64,000 nucleotides of DNA from Octopus vulgaris (Eukaryota). Position 1 is the stretch's first letter. Every line of letters starts with the position of its first letter. Positions 37,936 to 50,870 of the stretch are shown here, piece after piece. The position numbers and the translations under genes are program-made. Under the pieces are notes generated by a model. It worked only from the letters and a program-made list of their open reading frames with translations, was not told the DNA's origin and did no database searches. The stretch covers positions 26,722,001 to 26,786,000 of the forward strand of contig OX597838.1 in assembly GCA_951406725.2 (NCBI GenBank). The letters run 5' to 3'.

Positions 37936-40900
37936 AGGTTGGTGACAGGAAGGGCATCCAGCTGTGAAAAGCCTGCCTCAACAAAGTCAGCTTGACCCAT
38001 GCAAAGCATGGAAAAGTGGAAGTTAAATAATGATGCCGATGATGATGACAGTTCAACTGAATAAATGACCCCAGTACATCTGTGGAATGCAATATTTATG
38101 ATAATTCTTTGACTGAGCCTTTGAAGTCTTGGTGATGGTAGGTAATTCATTAGTAAAACCTTGAAGTCACTGTCGCCAATTTATAACACACACACACACA
38201 CACACACAGAATATGACCCATATCTCCCCTGCACTTCGCCTCCATCTTCACTCCCCCCCCCCCCGACACCAGTACCATCATCATCATCATCATCAGCATC
38301 ACCACTTACAACATTAACATTGCTACCACTACCATTATCAACCCCCACCAACACATCCTCCCCTACGTGTCACCCCCTCTTACTCCTCCCTCTCTCTCTC
38401 TCTCTACATTGCCTCTCTCATAGAACTTACTCTAACCACCACCAGAACACCAGCCCACCCTTGCTATCACCCCTTCCCTGCTACCACCACCACCACCACC
38501 ACTACTATCACTCACTACAACTTCATCGCCCCCATCACCAGCACCATGACCACCACTCATCACTGTTACACCCCACCTCACCACCACCACCACTTTAAAA
38601 AACAGACTCCCTCTCCCCTGTATTTACTGATGTCTCACTGATAAACCTTACTGAGACAGAGTCAGAGTGTGTGTTTGTGTTAGGCGGCAGAAGGGGAGGG
38701 CAGGAGGAGCCATTGAGGTAAGCAGAGATAGGTGTGGAAAGGTGGGAAGGAGGTGACCTCATATCCATCACCACCACCACCATCATCATCATTATATACT
38801 CAGCTCCTCCCTCCTTAAGGAGGTGAGGGGGTGGCTTCTAAGGCAGGGGTGGGGGAACAGTGTGAGGAAATAGTATAAAGGTGAGGAAAGGCAGTGGAGG
38901 AAGGAGGTGGTGGTGGTGATAGGTGGGGTGGGGTCAGGCAGTATGACTAGACAGGTCATAGGTTGGTTCTCTCTTTCTCTCTCTTTTCTCTAAAGCGTGT
39001 ATGTGACTTTGTAGATGTGTGAGTGTGTGTATGTGTGTGTGTGTGTGTGTATGAGTGCATTTGTGTGTATGTGTGTATGTATATGCATGCATGTGCATGC
39101 CTATAGATGTAAACTGCTGTATCAGAGAGAGAGCTGACACACACACGCGCGCGCACGCACACACACGCGCACGCACACACGCGCGCACGCACACACGCGC
39201 GCACGCACACACGCGCGCACGCACACACACACACACACACACTTCTATTTTGTGTATGCATGTGTGAGAAACAAAGAGCATGCATGTGTGTGTGTGTGTG
39301 TGCGCACATGTATATATGTATGAGAGAGAGAGAGAGAGAGAGAGAGTGGGAGACAGAGGGTGCTAGTTGTGTGTGTGTGTGTGTGTGTGTGCACATGTAT
39401 ATGTATGTGAGTGGGAGACAGGGTGCTAGTTGTGTGTGTGTGTGTGTGTGTGTTTTGTATGTGAATGTGCCTTTAGGCATGCATACTTCTATGTGAATGT
39501 AGGGGTACACGTATGCCAATCACCACATGTATGTACATGCTAGCCTCCATGTATTAGAGCTGCTGTGTGTATACATATGTTTTAGCATACACTAATACAC
39601 ACACACACATATATAATGTGTCTATCTTTTGTAAGCAGGGCAAGAGTGTGTGTGTGTTTGTGTGTGTGTATGTGTGTGTGTGTGTGTGTGTGTGCACGCA
39701 TCTGTTTTTGTAAACAGAACAGTAAGAGAGTGTGTGTGAGATATTGTGTCTATGTGCATGAGAGTATACAAATGTGTGTGAATGTGCAAATGTGTGTGTG
39801 TATGTGTGTGTGTGAGAGAGATAGAGAGAATGTATGTGTGTGTCTTTATGAGCAGGACAGTGTGTGTGTGTGTGTATAGGTGTCCCACCCCTTTAAGAGA
39901 AAAGGGGTAGGTAGGAAGGTAGATGGGTGGGCAGGTGATAACAGAGTCTGATGGCATTTCCCCCCTTCCTTCGCTCCCTCACATCACCTTTACTGTTGCC
40001 ATTACAAATACCAAAACCCAATGTGATGGAGATGAGCCGAGAATGGTTGAGACTGGTTGAGACGAGGTACAACTCCCACTTGCAGAATTTCTTTATTGTT
40101 TACAAAGTGCATGTACACACACACACACATTCATTCCTTCATTCACAGAAACACAGGCATACTCTCTCACACACACCCAGTATACACACTGGTGTATCTG
40201 CACACACTCACACACTGGCATACACACACACACAAATACTGGCACACACACATGCATGCACATTTACACACACACATACACACTGGTAGACACACATACA
40301 CATACTTGCATATACACACACTGCTATGCTACATGCACACACACTGACATGCACATACACATTGGTATTCACACACATTGACACACACATGTACACTAGC
40401 ACTCACACACACACTGACACACAAACACAGACACTAGCACACATATACAGACACACACACAGTGACACATACATACTGGCCTTTACACACTTGCAAACAC
40501 ACACACACACGCCTAATATAAATTATATCCCATATTTCTTTTCCAAAAACATATGTAGAACTGCATTTACACTGACTTTACTCAAAGACAATATACATGT
40601 GCGTCTGTGTGAAAGTGTGTGTTTGTGCAAATGTAAGCCAGTGTGTGTGAGTGTGTAAGTGTGCTTATGTGTGTAAGCGTGTGCAAGTGCTAGTATACAT
40701 TGCCATGGAAACTTTCTAATAATAATAGTTTCTAACTTGGGGTCAAATCCACAAAATTTTGGGGACAGAACAAGGGATTAAATACAGGTGACCTGGTAAT
40801 TATCTAACTGGCACTTGTTTTACCATACACCCCCTCCAACAAAGAATGAAAAGGCAAAGTGACCCCGGTCAAATCTGAACTCAAAATGCAAGGCACACTG

Positions 40901-42439
40901 CCTAGTCAGCCATCCACTATTCCATGGCTCAAAGAGTGATACTGTCTCATATTGAGAGTTGAACCAGCAGTTTGAAGATAAACCTGTGATGCTCCCAGGT
41001 TGTGCAGTTATGTTTTCAGTTGATGCTCTTTGAGTGCAAGAAGAACAAAATATAAGAAGGTCAGGTTATTTGCATATCTAAGAGGAAATGACTGCCAACT
41101 GAAGGAGAACAGGAGGCCGGGGGACTTGGGTGTTTAAGACTCTAAGATTCTAAGATGAGATTCTAGAAAGGCTGAGGTGGGCAATGTGTTTATTTTAAAA
41201 CTCACTTTAAAAGATACATGGTGGTTTTCCTACAATGGAGAAATTACAGAGGAAAAAATATAAATATGTTACAGAAAAATAAAAATAATAAAACAAATAA
41301 ATTGAATAAAAGTGAAAAAACATAAATAAAATAAATGGCAATAAAAATAAAGTAAATTTATTTTTCATTTTTGTTCAATGCATAACAAAATTGGAGGAGA
41401 CAGATGGTGATCTGTGTCGGCAAGACTTGGTATTATTTACAAAAATTAACGGAAAATACAAACACTGCTGTGGGGAATGGAAAATTCAATGTTTCAGACA
41501 ATGTTTCAAGAATTGATAGAAGAGAAATTAAAGAAAGGCAGCAGAGTTTTACATAATTTTTCCATATATTTATACACAGAGGAGCTAAGACTTTACTGTC
41601 TTTCTTTAATTTCACCCTTGTTGATTTTTCCCTGAAGAAGGGCTGCCCAAAAATATTGAAATGTTGAATTTCCTACTCCCCATAACAATTTAACTGTATT
41701 CTTTTTGTCTAGATTAGGCAATCAGCAAACAAAAAGATGAAACACAAAAGGGATAACTTTTAACAAATGCTGTATCAGTTTAATACTTAAAAGGAAGGGA
41801 AGTGTCTCGATATTTCGGACACAAGTCTTTCATCAGAAAAAAAATAAAAACAGAATGGGAAGAATATAAATGAGGAGAACAGGTGGTGTGAAAGCAATAA
41901 AAATTAATTAATAAGCTGGTAGATTAAAGAGGCTGATTACCTAAACCCATCACTTAGTCCCAAGTACAAAAATAAATGGAAACAGAATTTATCATTTAAA
42001 CAAAGTGTAGTTTTGTAATAAGACAACAGAGTGGGAAGAATTATTTTATCTGTTGACCTTTGGTATAAAAAAATAAATAAATAGATTTATATCACTGGAT
42101 TGTAGAGTAGTGCTGACAGCTGTTGGGGGTTTGCAAGCTGATGGATTAGTGTGATACTACTACTAAAAGAGGAAAGATTTTAGGGGTTGCACTACTGAAA
42201 GCTGCTGGGTATGCCTAGGGTTGTGAAATCACTGCTAATAACTGTTGGGTTTGTAGAGTCATCAGTTGAGCAGCCACCACAGAGAGCTCATGAGTTTGTT
42301 TGATCACAGCTAAAAAACTGTTTGGTCTGCACAGAGTAGTAAAATTACCACTGATAGCTGTTGAGATTGTAGGTCAAATTTTATAAAACTGTTGTGGATT
42401 TGGGGTCACCCTGACTGAAAGTATTTGATGGTTTGTTGA

Positions 42440-42850
42440 ATCAACACTGATAGCTGTTGGCTTGCAGGGTCACTGGTATTGGGTTTGAAGGGACAGAACT
42501 GTTGGCCGGTAGGGCCACTGATGTTGGGCTTGAAGGGACATAGCTTTTGCCCTGTAGGGTCACTGATGTTGGGCTTGAAGGGACATAGCTGTTGGCTTGT
42601 AGGGTTACCAATGTTGGGCTTGAAGGGACATAGCTGTTGGCTTCTAGGGTCACCGATATTGGGTTTGAAGGGACATAGCTGTTGGCTTGTAGGGTCACCA
42701 ATGGTGGGCTTGAAGGGACATAGCTGTTGGCTTGTTGGGTCACTGATGTTGGGTTTGAAGGGACATAGCTGTTGGCTTGTAGGGTCACTGATGTTGGGCT
42801 TGAAGGAACATAGCTGTTGGCTTGTAGAGTCACTGATGTTGGGCTTGTAA
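42440..42850. repeat. 45-bp minisatellite (~9 copies) within a larger degenerate array (~42090-43320)
   Basis: Unit GGGTCACTGATGTTGGGCTTGAAGGGACATAGCTGTTGGCTTGTA. Confidence 0.92.
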
Positions 42851-44234
42851 GGTCACCACTAGAAGGTGTTCTAGTGATGATCTTATAAGTTGTTAGGATT
42901 TAGGACCATCACTGAAAGGTGCTGAGTTTGTAGGGTCAACATGTTGGGCTTAAAGGAACATAGCTGTTGGATTGTTGAGTCACTGATATTTGAAACTGTT
43001 AGGATTCAGGGTCACTATAGAAAGCTGTTGGTTTTGTAGGGTCATGGTGGTTGGAGTGTGGGGTCACAAATGTTGGGTTAAGGATCATCATTGAAAGCTG
43101 CTTGGTTTACAGGGTCACAGCCATTGGCTTGTAGGGTCACTGATGTCAGATTTCGGAAGTTGTTGATTGTTGCGCTGTAAGGTAATCATCAGGAGCTGCT
43201 GAGATTTAGGGTCATCACAGAAAATTGCTGGGTTTGTAGGGTCACAACAATTAGGATATAAGCACACTGATATTGGGTTTAGGATCATCACTGAAGAATC
43301 ACAATTTAGAATCACAATTTAGATCACAATGAGATCTGTAATATCTTGCAGTCATTATTATTAAATGTTAATAACAACACTGTATGTTCTCTATAGTTGA
43401 AACACTGACAACCATGATGAGACTCATTTTGAAAGCAAAAACGGATATATATGGTAGCCATCGCTTAATACTGCAAATAACAATGACATTTGTATGTGTG
43501 TGGGTGGTTGTTGTTACATAACTTACTCCTTTAGTGTTCAGATTATTTTGTCAAGTGCAATAATTATTATTCATACTGTTTTGAATTAATCATCCATTAG
43601 CTCATAGCTTTGAGATTTCAATGATGTGATTGTTTATTTTTTTAGAATGACATTGTAGGATAGGTGTGAGAGACCAGATCCTGCCAGTTTGAACATAAAA
43701 CAGGTGGAATATTTGGGCCAGATATGGCCAGAAAGAGAAGTGCCTATTGCCTTTATCAGGGGTTCTCAGAATGATGGGAGAAAAGGGGAAAGTAATTGTG
43801 GGACAGCAGTTGTGGGGGTAAAAATTTACGACAGAACAGTCTCTGCAAAAGACAGCCAAGTGTGAAGTGGTCAGGTTCAGCCAAGAGATGGATTAAAGGT
43901 TTGTATCATTAGAAAGTGCTTATCCTCTGACAAACAAGGATTTACAGCTGGAATTGGGGCATGTGTAATGGATTTGAAAGATTTACGGCTCTGATTCATC
44001 TTCAAATATTTGCTTCCTCTCTGTGAGAGAGGTTGGGTTGACTAAAGCTTAAAGGATACACCAAACAAAAACAACATCGCAACAGCAACAACCACATCAA
44101 CAACAACAACATTGAAAACTGTAATAACAACAAACTGAATGAGTAATAAGTTAATGAAGAAAAATAGTGAAAATTGCCACTTGCTGTGTCAGCTACATGT
44201 CGAATATTTCATTGCGAGTTCAAATGCGTGTAGG

Positions 44235-44310
44235 ACTTACCTGAAAAATAAAATAAAACAAACAGATAAATATAAATAAAAATAAAAAAGAAATATGATA
44301 AAGAAATATA
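44235..44310 (-). promoter_or_regulatory. Candidate recursive splice (ratchet) site: polypyrimidine tract-CAG|GTAAGT
   Basis: Minus strand reads ...TTTATCTGTTTGTTTTATTTTATTTTTCAG|GTAAGTCC with the junction at 44241/44240. Confidence 0.5.
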
Positions 44311-44371
44311 ACTGAAAAAGTAATTTTAGCAATCATTAGAATATACAATATAATAAATAATAATAATAATA

Positions 44372-44983
44372 AGCCCAGTATTTGTAAGCCCAGTACTTAT
44401 TCTATCGGTCTCTTTTTGCCGAACCGCTAAGTGACGGGGATGTAAACACACCAGCATCGGTTGTCAAGCAATGCTAGAGGGACAAACACAGACACACAAA
44501 CATATACACACACATACATATATATACATATATACGACAGGCTTCTTTCACTTTCCGTCAACCAAATCCACTCACAAGGCTTACCACACAGCCACTCCTG
44601 CGCCTATGTTTGTTCGGCATGTTTGTTTTTTTTAACTGACCAATGCCCTTCCTAATGCCAACCAATATACAGAGTGTGTGTATGTGGTATATATGTATGT
44701 GAAGGCGTATGGTTCAGTGGTTAGAGCGTCGAGCTTACGATTGTGAGGCTGTGAGTTCAATTCTCGGACCAGGCTGTGTGTTGTGTTCTTGAGCAAGACA
44801 CTTTATTTCACGTTGCTCCAGTTCGCTCAGCAGTAGAAATGAGTTGCTACATCACTGGTGCCAAGCTTTGGTCGGCCCGAGGCTATAGTAGAAGACACTT
44901 GCCCAAGGTTCCACACAGTGGGACTGAACCCGGAACCATGTGGTTCGTAAGCAAGCTACTTACCACACAGCCACTCCTACACC
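44372..44983. mobile_element. Rearranged SINE A / SINE C mosaic
   Basis: SINE A(-) 44372-44604 with an internal deletion, SINE C(+) 44703-44865, then a SINE A 5' half(-) 44862-44983. Confidence 0.8.
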
Positions 44984-47241
44984 TATAATATCTATGTATA
45001 TGTCATTCGCTAGTCAACATGATCGGCCTCGTTTTTAAATTAGGGAACAACATACATGGTAGTTATTTCTAGCCGGTTGAGTGACCATGTGGAAGTACTG
45101 GTGGCTTGTTATTTAAGTCAATCTGGTTATTATTCAAGTCAATCAAGTAGTGGTGGTCTTGTCATTCAAGCCCCAAGTTAATCCTGATCAAGCAGAATTA
45201 TGATCAAAAATATTCCAGCCATGACCAACTAATACTATTTTTAAAGGTCTAAGTGTATCTAATCCAATGTGTCCTTCCATTTTTAAGCAGGCAGAGTATG
45301 ATTCAAGATAGATTTGACTGTTATTTCTGGCAGATTGAGTGACTTGATTGTATAGAAGCTTTTTGTGAAATTGGCTGGGTGGAGGTGGTGGAGGTAATGT
45401 GTTGTTGTTGATGGAGGGAGGCGAGGGTGGCTTGCCTTGTTGATTCAGGTAGAATATGCTATATTTATGTTACCCCAGTGGGTGGGACTATTAAGGGTGT
45501 GGGAGAGAGAGACAGAGAGATGGAGAAAGAGAGAGAGAATGAGAGAAACACAAAGATGGATAGAAAGAGAGAGGGAAGCAGAGAATAGAAGGAGAGAGAA
45601 AGAGAGAGGATGAAAGACAGAAAAAGAGGAGAGAGAGAGGGGGGGGAGCTCATCTCACACTAGGTAGGGTGTGGTGGGGTGTTAGTTGCTGATGTTGAAC
45701 ATTTAAGAAGCTGAAGGTGAGCTCAGGTAATTTAACAAGCCGCCAGCAATTAAGAGAGAAGGAGGCCCATAACGCACCTTCGTCTACAACATCAACAACT
45801 TCAGGGAGAAATTAAAACCTCGTTTAGGATACTAGCTGTGATGTGTGCGTGCATGCATGCATGTGTGTGTGTGTCCGTGTGTCCATATGTACAAACGCAT
45901 CAAAGCTAGTATCATAAACGAGATTTCAATTTACATACATGTGTGTATATGTGTTACATACATGTGTGTGTATGTGTTACATCCATGGTGTTGTGTGTGC
46001 ATCAACATATGGTGTTTTGTGCATATCAATGCGTTTTTAAAAGTATTCATGTCATTGTAATTGCTATCATTATCTGTTTTTCCAAAATGCCTTACACCCA
46101 CAAACCCACCCACCCACACACACACACATATATATCATCATCATCATCATCATTTTCATATTCAATTTTCCATACTTGCATGGGTTGGGTGGAATTTGTT
46201 GAGGTGGATTTTTTTTTAAAGCTGGGTGCCCTTCCTGTCACTAACCTTCGTCTATTTCCCAACACCACGGCCAGACATGTTTATGCAGAATGTTGCAAAT
46301 GAACAACACTGCTTGTATGACAGTGGCTCTCATTTACAACTGTCTCACAATGTCAAAACAAGGAGACACAAAACACACAAATGCGCGCACACACGCACAC
46401 CTATTTATATATGATGGGCTTCTTTCAGTTTCCATCTACTCACAAGGCTTTAGATGACACTTGGCTAAGGTGCAATGTAGTGGGACTGAACCTGAAACCA
46501 TGTGGTTGGGAGGCAAACACCACACAGCTATGGTGGCACATGGCTGTGTGTGTACACATACATGTGTGTATGTGTATCAAACTTTTGTGAAACAAATCAG
46601 GAAGAGAGAACTCAATACATATTCTAGAGTATATATATGGTTTCAATTTTCATGATCAGGATGACATGACACTCAAGCTATGAGAAATATATATATATAT
46701 ATATACATATATATATACATATATATATATATATCAAGAGAGAGAGAAACACACACACACACATTCATGTAGTTGTCTAAGAATCCATAAATCAGAAAAA
46801 ATACACATTTGTAACATTCACATACACAAAATATATATATATATATATACATTACATATACAACACAAAACACACACGTACACACATTAGGTTTCCTCTA
46901 TGTTATCTTAGTATTGTATTCCTCAAAAATCTTGGCATAATGTGGAATTCTGTAATCCAAAACTCATTTTCTCATTGACTTCCATGTCAAGGCAAGATTT
47001 CCAAGAAAGCAAACGTCTGTAATACAGGGGCGTGAGTGTGTGTGCGTGCGTACATGCATACATATATGTATATACATGCGCACAAACATATATACATACA
47101 AACAATACACATGCATACCCATAAGTACATACATAAACACACACATATACACAGATGCACAAACTGTATACATATAAACATACACAAACATATATATATA
47201 TATATACTCACACATGTATACATAAACACACATTCACACAA

Positions 47242-47283
<42 letters not shown>

Positions 47284-47364
47284 TCACACATGTATACATA
47301 AACACACATTCACACACATATATATATATATATATACTCACACATGTATACATAAACACACATT

Positions 47365-47396
<32 letters not shown>

Positions 47397-47465
47397 CTCA
47401 CACATGTATACATAAACACACATTCACACAAATACACACATATATATATATATATATACAAATAC

Positions 47466-47496
<31 letters not shown>

Positions 47497-47639
47497 CTCA
47501 CACATGTATACATAAACACACATTCACACAAATACATATATAGGTACATATATAAAGATGTACATACACAAATACATGCACACACACACAAATCTGTACA
47601 CACACACACAACTCTGAAAATGAATCACAGATTGCTAAA

Positions 47640-47805
47640 CAATTCATCTCACATTATTTACATTATTTACAATTGATGGATATTTCTCCTCATCTTGTTT
47701 GTTGTTAACATAACATTTTAGCTGATATACTCTCCAGCCTTCATCAGGTGTCTTGGGGAAATTTTGAACCTAGGTTCTCATTCTTAAGATATTTTTCGAT
47801 GTTAT
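47640..47805 (-). mobile_element. Penelope-like terminal repeat with CpG-decayed hammerhead motif
   Basis: Minus strand: GACAC-CTGATGA-AGGCTGGAGAGTATATCAGC-TAAAA-TG-TT-ATGTT. An inverted partner copy lies at 48255-48403 and a 3' piece at ~61522-61595. Confidence 0.65.
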
Positions 47806-47855
47806 GGCGTAGTGGTTGAGCCGATTCCAGGCAGTGATCTGAATAATAATAATAA

Positions 47856-48246
47856 CAAGCAGTATCGCCCGGCGTTGCTTGGATTTGTTTTGACCCTTTA
47901 GAATTGGAATTTTTGAAAAGTAAAAATTTTGCATTATGTAGCTTGTTATTCTCTTTAAGTGAACATTTTTCTGGTTGAAATACACCAAAAAATGGCGACA
48001 CAGCAGTCAAAAAATCGTAAAAAAATAGGGATTTTCATAGAAAAAAAGCACCTTTTTGATGTAAATAATTTTTGGTCTTAACATGGTCCGATTTGAATTT
48101 TATCTTCTACGGAATGAAGAGCAAGCCTTCTTCTATCATACTCTTAATTTTGGTCAACTTGTGCCACAGGGTCTCGGAGGAGATAGTGTTAGTTGAAGGC
48201 TACCAAACCTGCCATACACAGACAACTTCAGCTTTATATATATAGA
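47856..48246 (-). mobile_element. Non-autonomous Helitron
   Basis: Minus strand starts A|TCTATATATATAAAGCTG and ends with the hairpin CCAAGCAACGCCGGG then ...CTTG|T (CTAG variant). Inserted at an AT dinucleotide. Confidence 0.75.
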
Positions 48247-48254
48247 TAATAATA

Positions 48255-48403
48255 CACATCAAAAAATACCTTAGGAATGAGAACCCAGGTTCGAAATTTC
48301 TCTGATGAAGTCGAAACGTGTTAACAACAAACAAGATGAGGACAAATAGCCGTCTAATGTAAATATTGTCAATAATTCTTCATCTCTTAAATATAGAACT
48401 GAA
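48255..48403 (+). mobile_element. Penelope-like terminal repeat with truncated hammerhead core
   Basis: CTGATGA-AGTC-GAAAC-GTGTT at 48302-48322. The flanks are the reverse complement of 47640-47805. Confidence 0.65.
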
Positions 48404-48557
48404 TTCCTCTCACCTCTGCACAAAATGCTAATTACAGCTGACATAATGAGAGCACCATCACAAAGAGAATAAAGATGTGTCATGGATGGCTCACAAAAAC
48501 ATCTTTTAATACAATCAGCATCTTATCACAGATTATTATCATCATCATTATTATCAA

Positions 48558-49388
48558 GATGGCAAGCTGGCAGAATCATTAGCATGCCAGACAAAATGCT
48601 TTTGTGGCATTTTGTGTCTTTACATTCTGAGTTCAAATTCTGCTGAGGTCGACTTTGCCTTTCATCCTTTTGGGGTGGATAAAACAAGTACCAGTTGAGT
48701 ACGGGGTGGGTGGGGGTCGATGCAATCAATTTGACCCTCTCCCCGCAAATTTCAGGTCTTGTACCTATATTCTTTTATTTGTTTCAGTCATTAACCATGG
48801 CCATGCTGGAGCACTGCCTCTGGTCGAGCAAACTGACTCCAGAACTTATTCTTTGTAAGCCTAGCACTTATACTATCGGTTCTTTTGTAGAACTGCTAAG
48901 TTACAGGGATGTAAACACATCAGCATCGGTTGCCAAACGATGTTGGGAGGACAAACACACACACACACACATATGTATATGTATATATATATATATATAT
49001 ATATACACAACGGCCTTCTTTCAGTTTCTATCTATCAAATCCACTCAGAAAGCTTAGGTTGGCCTGAGACTATAGTAGAAGACACAGTGCCATGCAGTGA
49101 GGCTGAACCCAGAGCCATGTGGTTGGTCAGCAAGCTTCTTACCACATAGCCACTCCAGATCATCATCATCATCAGGGTGGCATGCTGGCAGAATTGTTAG
49201 CATGCCGGTCAGTTTGCTTAGCTGCATTTAATCTATCTTCAGGTTTTGAGTTCAAATTCTGCTGAGGATGACTTTGCCTTTCATCATTTCAGGGTCGATG
49301 AATTAAGTACCAGTTGCGTACTGGTGCCAATCTAATTGACTAGTCCCCTCCCCACAAAATTTCGGGCCTTGTGCCTAGAGTAGAAAAT
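48558..49388. mobile_element. SINE B(+), SINE A(-) 48770-49155, SINE B(+) cluster
   Basis: Family motifs as described above. Confidence 0.85.
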
Positions 49389-49441
49389 GTTGTAGTTGTT
49401 GTTTCTTAATTGATTCCATACAATGGATGGAATTTGGCAGG

Positions 49442-49487
<46 letters not shown>

Positions 49488-49770
49488 GTATGTATGTATG
49501 TATGTATGGATGTATGGATTGATGTATATATATACATGTGTGTGTGTACAATGTGTGTAGATATGTGTGAAAAGACAAAAGAGAATGAGAGTGTGTGTGT
49601 AGAGAGAGAGAGAGAGAGAAAAGGCAGGTCAAGGTAGATGGTGAGACAGACAGACAGGTAGATACTAAATGATAGTAGCAGCAGCAGCTGACTTAGCAAT
49701 GTATTGGTAAGTCAGCAATATTAGTCATAGTCAGAACAGAGGAGACCAAAATAACCAACAGGAATTTACT

Positions 49771-50272
49771 TCACATCATCACATCCACCACCGTCATCAT
49801 CATCATCACCATAATCATTACCCTCCTCATCATCAATATCATGATCATCGTGATCAATATCTCCATTACTTTTATCAACACCATCAATGTCATCACTAAC
49901 ATCCTCATGTTCATCATCATCATCTTCATCATCACTATCATCATCATCACCATCATCACTATTATCATCATCACCATCATCACTATCATCACCATCACTA
50001 TCATCATCACTACCTTCATCATCATCATCACTACCTTCATCATCATCATCACTACCTTCATCATCATCATCACTATCTTCATCATCATCATCACTACCTT
50101 AATCATCATCATCATCACTACCTTCATCATCATCATCATCACTACCTTCATCATCATCATCATCATCACTATTATCATCATCATCATCATCATCATCACT
50201 ATCATCATCATCACTATCATCATCATTATCACTACTTTCATCATCATTTCTATCAACACCATCACCATCACC
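49771..50272. repeat. (CAT)n/(CATCACTACCTT) microsatellite
   Basis: Seen directly. Confidence 0.9.
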
Positions 50273-50584
50273 TTCGGCATTAGATATCAACATCTCTAGC
50301 AGCACCAAGTGCACATTGCCACAAAGGGCGGAATCATCAGGGTCCCAAATGAGGAAACACTTTTCAGTCAACAAAGGTCCACTATGTTGTAGCTTGATCA
50401 ACTTGCTTGAAAATAGCAGCTAAATCTCCCTCAAATTACACACTCAGCATCTTACAAAAGGAAACGATGCATTGGATAATGTATCCTTAGATACTCCTAA
50501 GTAGGCAGGATGGTCATAACCGGAATTCTTTTGTTCATAGGTCTGCTCAATTAACATTGATTTGGGATCAAACAACAGATTTAA

Positions 50585-50870
50585 ATAATAAAATAATAAT
50601 GAAATTATTGTATACAGTGCTCAGGTGCACCACAACTTGTCAGAAAGTGCGTATAAAGTATATGCAGTAATGTACAAATGTCTGGAAAGCGATTAGTGTA
50701 TGAGTCAGATACATGCTTGCGTGTGTACGGAGGGGAGAAAATCAGGTGTAGTGTTGGCGAATCTCAGGAAGCATGGAAGTTTTGAAGGATGCAGTGCTCC
50801 GACAACTAACAGATGATGTCGGCAGTTTGTTCCATGCTTCAGCAACTCTTAGTGTGAAAAAAATGTTTCC
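50585..50870 (-). mobile_element. CR1-like LINE 3' fragment (second subfamily)
   Basis: FFTLRVAEAWNKLP...FKTSMLPEIRQHYT. Shares the terminal GTGCACCTGAGCACTGTA hairpin with the 17707 copy but has a longer UTR. Confidence 0.85.

Noticed and set aside
40900-41200. Very degenerate RT-like remnant (YANNLTF on minus) and an ATTTGCAT octamer
   Set aside because: Too decayed to delimit or classify reliably by eye.
42440-42850. Regular repeats as a possible CRISPR array (also 22797-23212)
   Set aside because: The units are contiguous tandem copies with no unique spacers.
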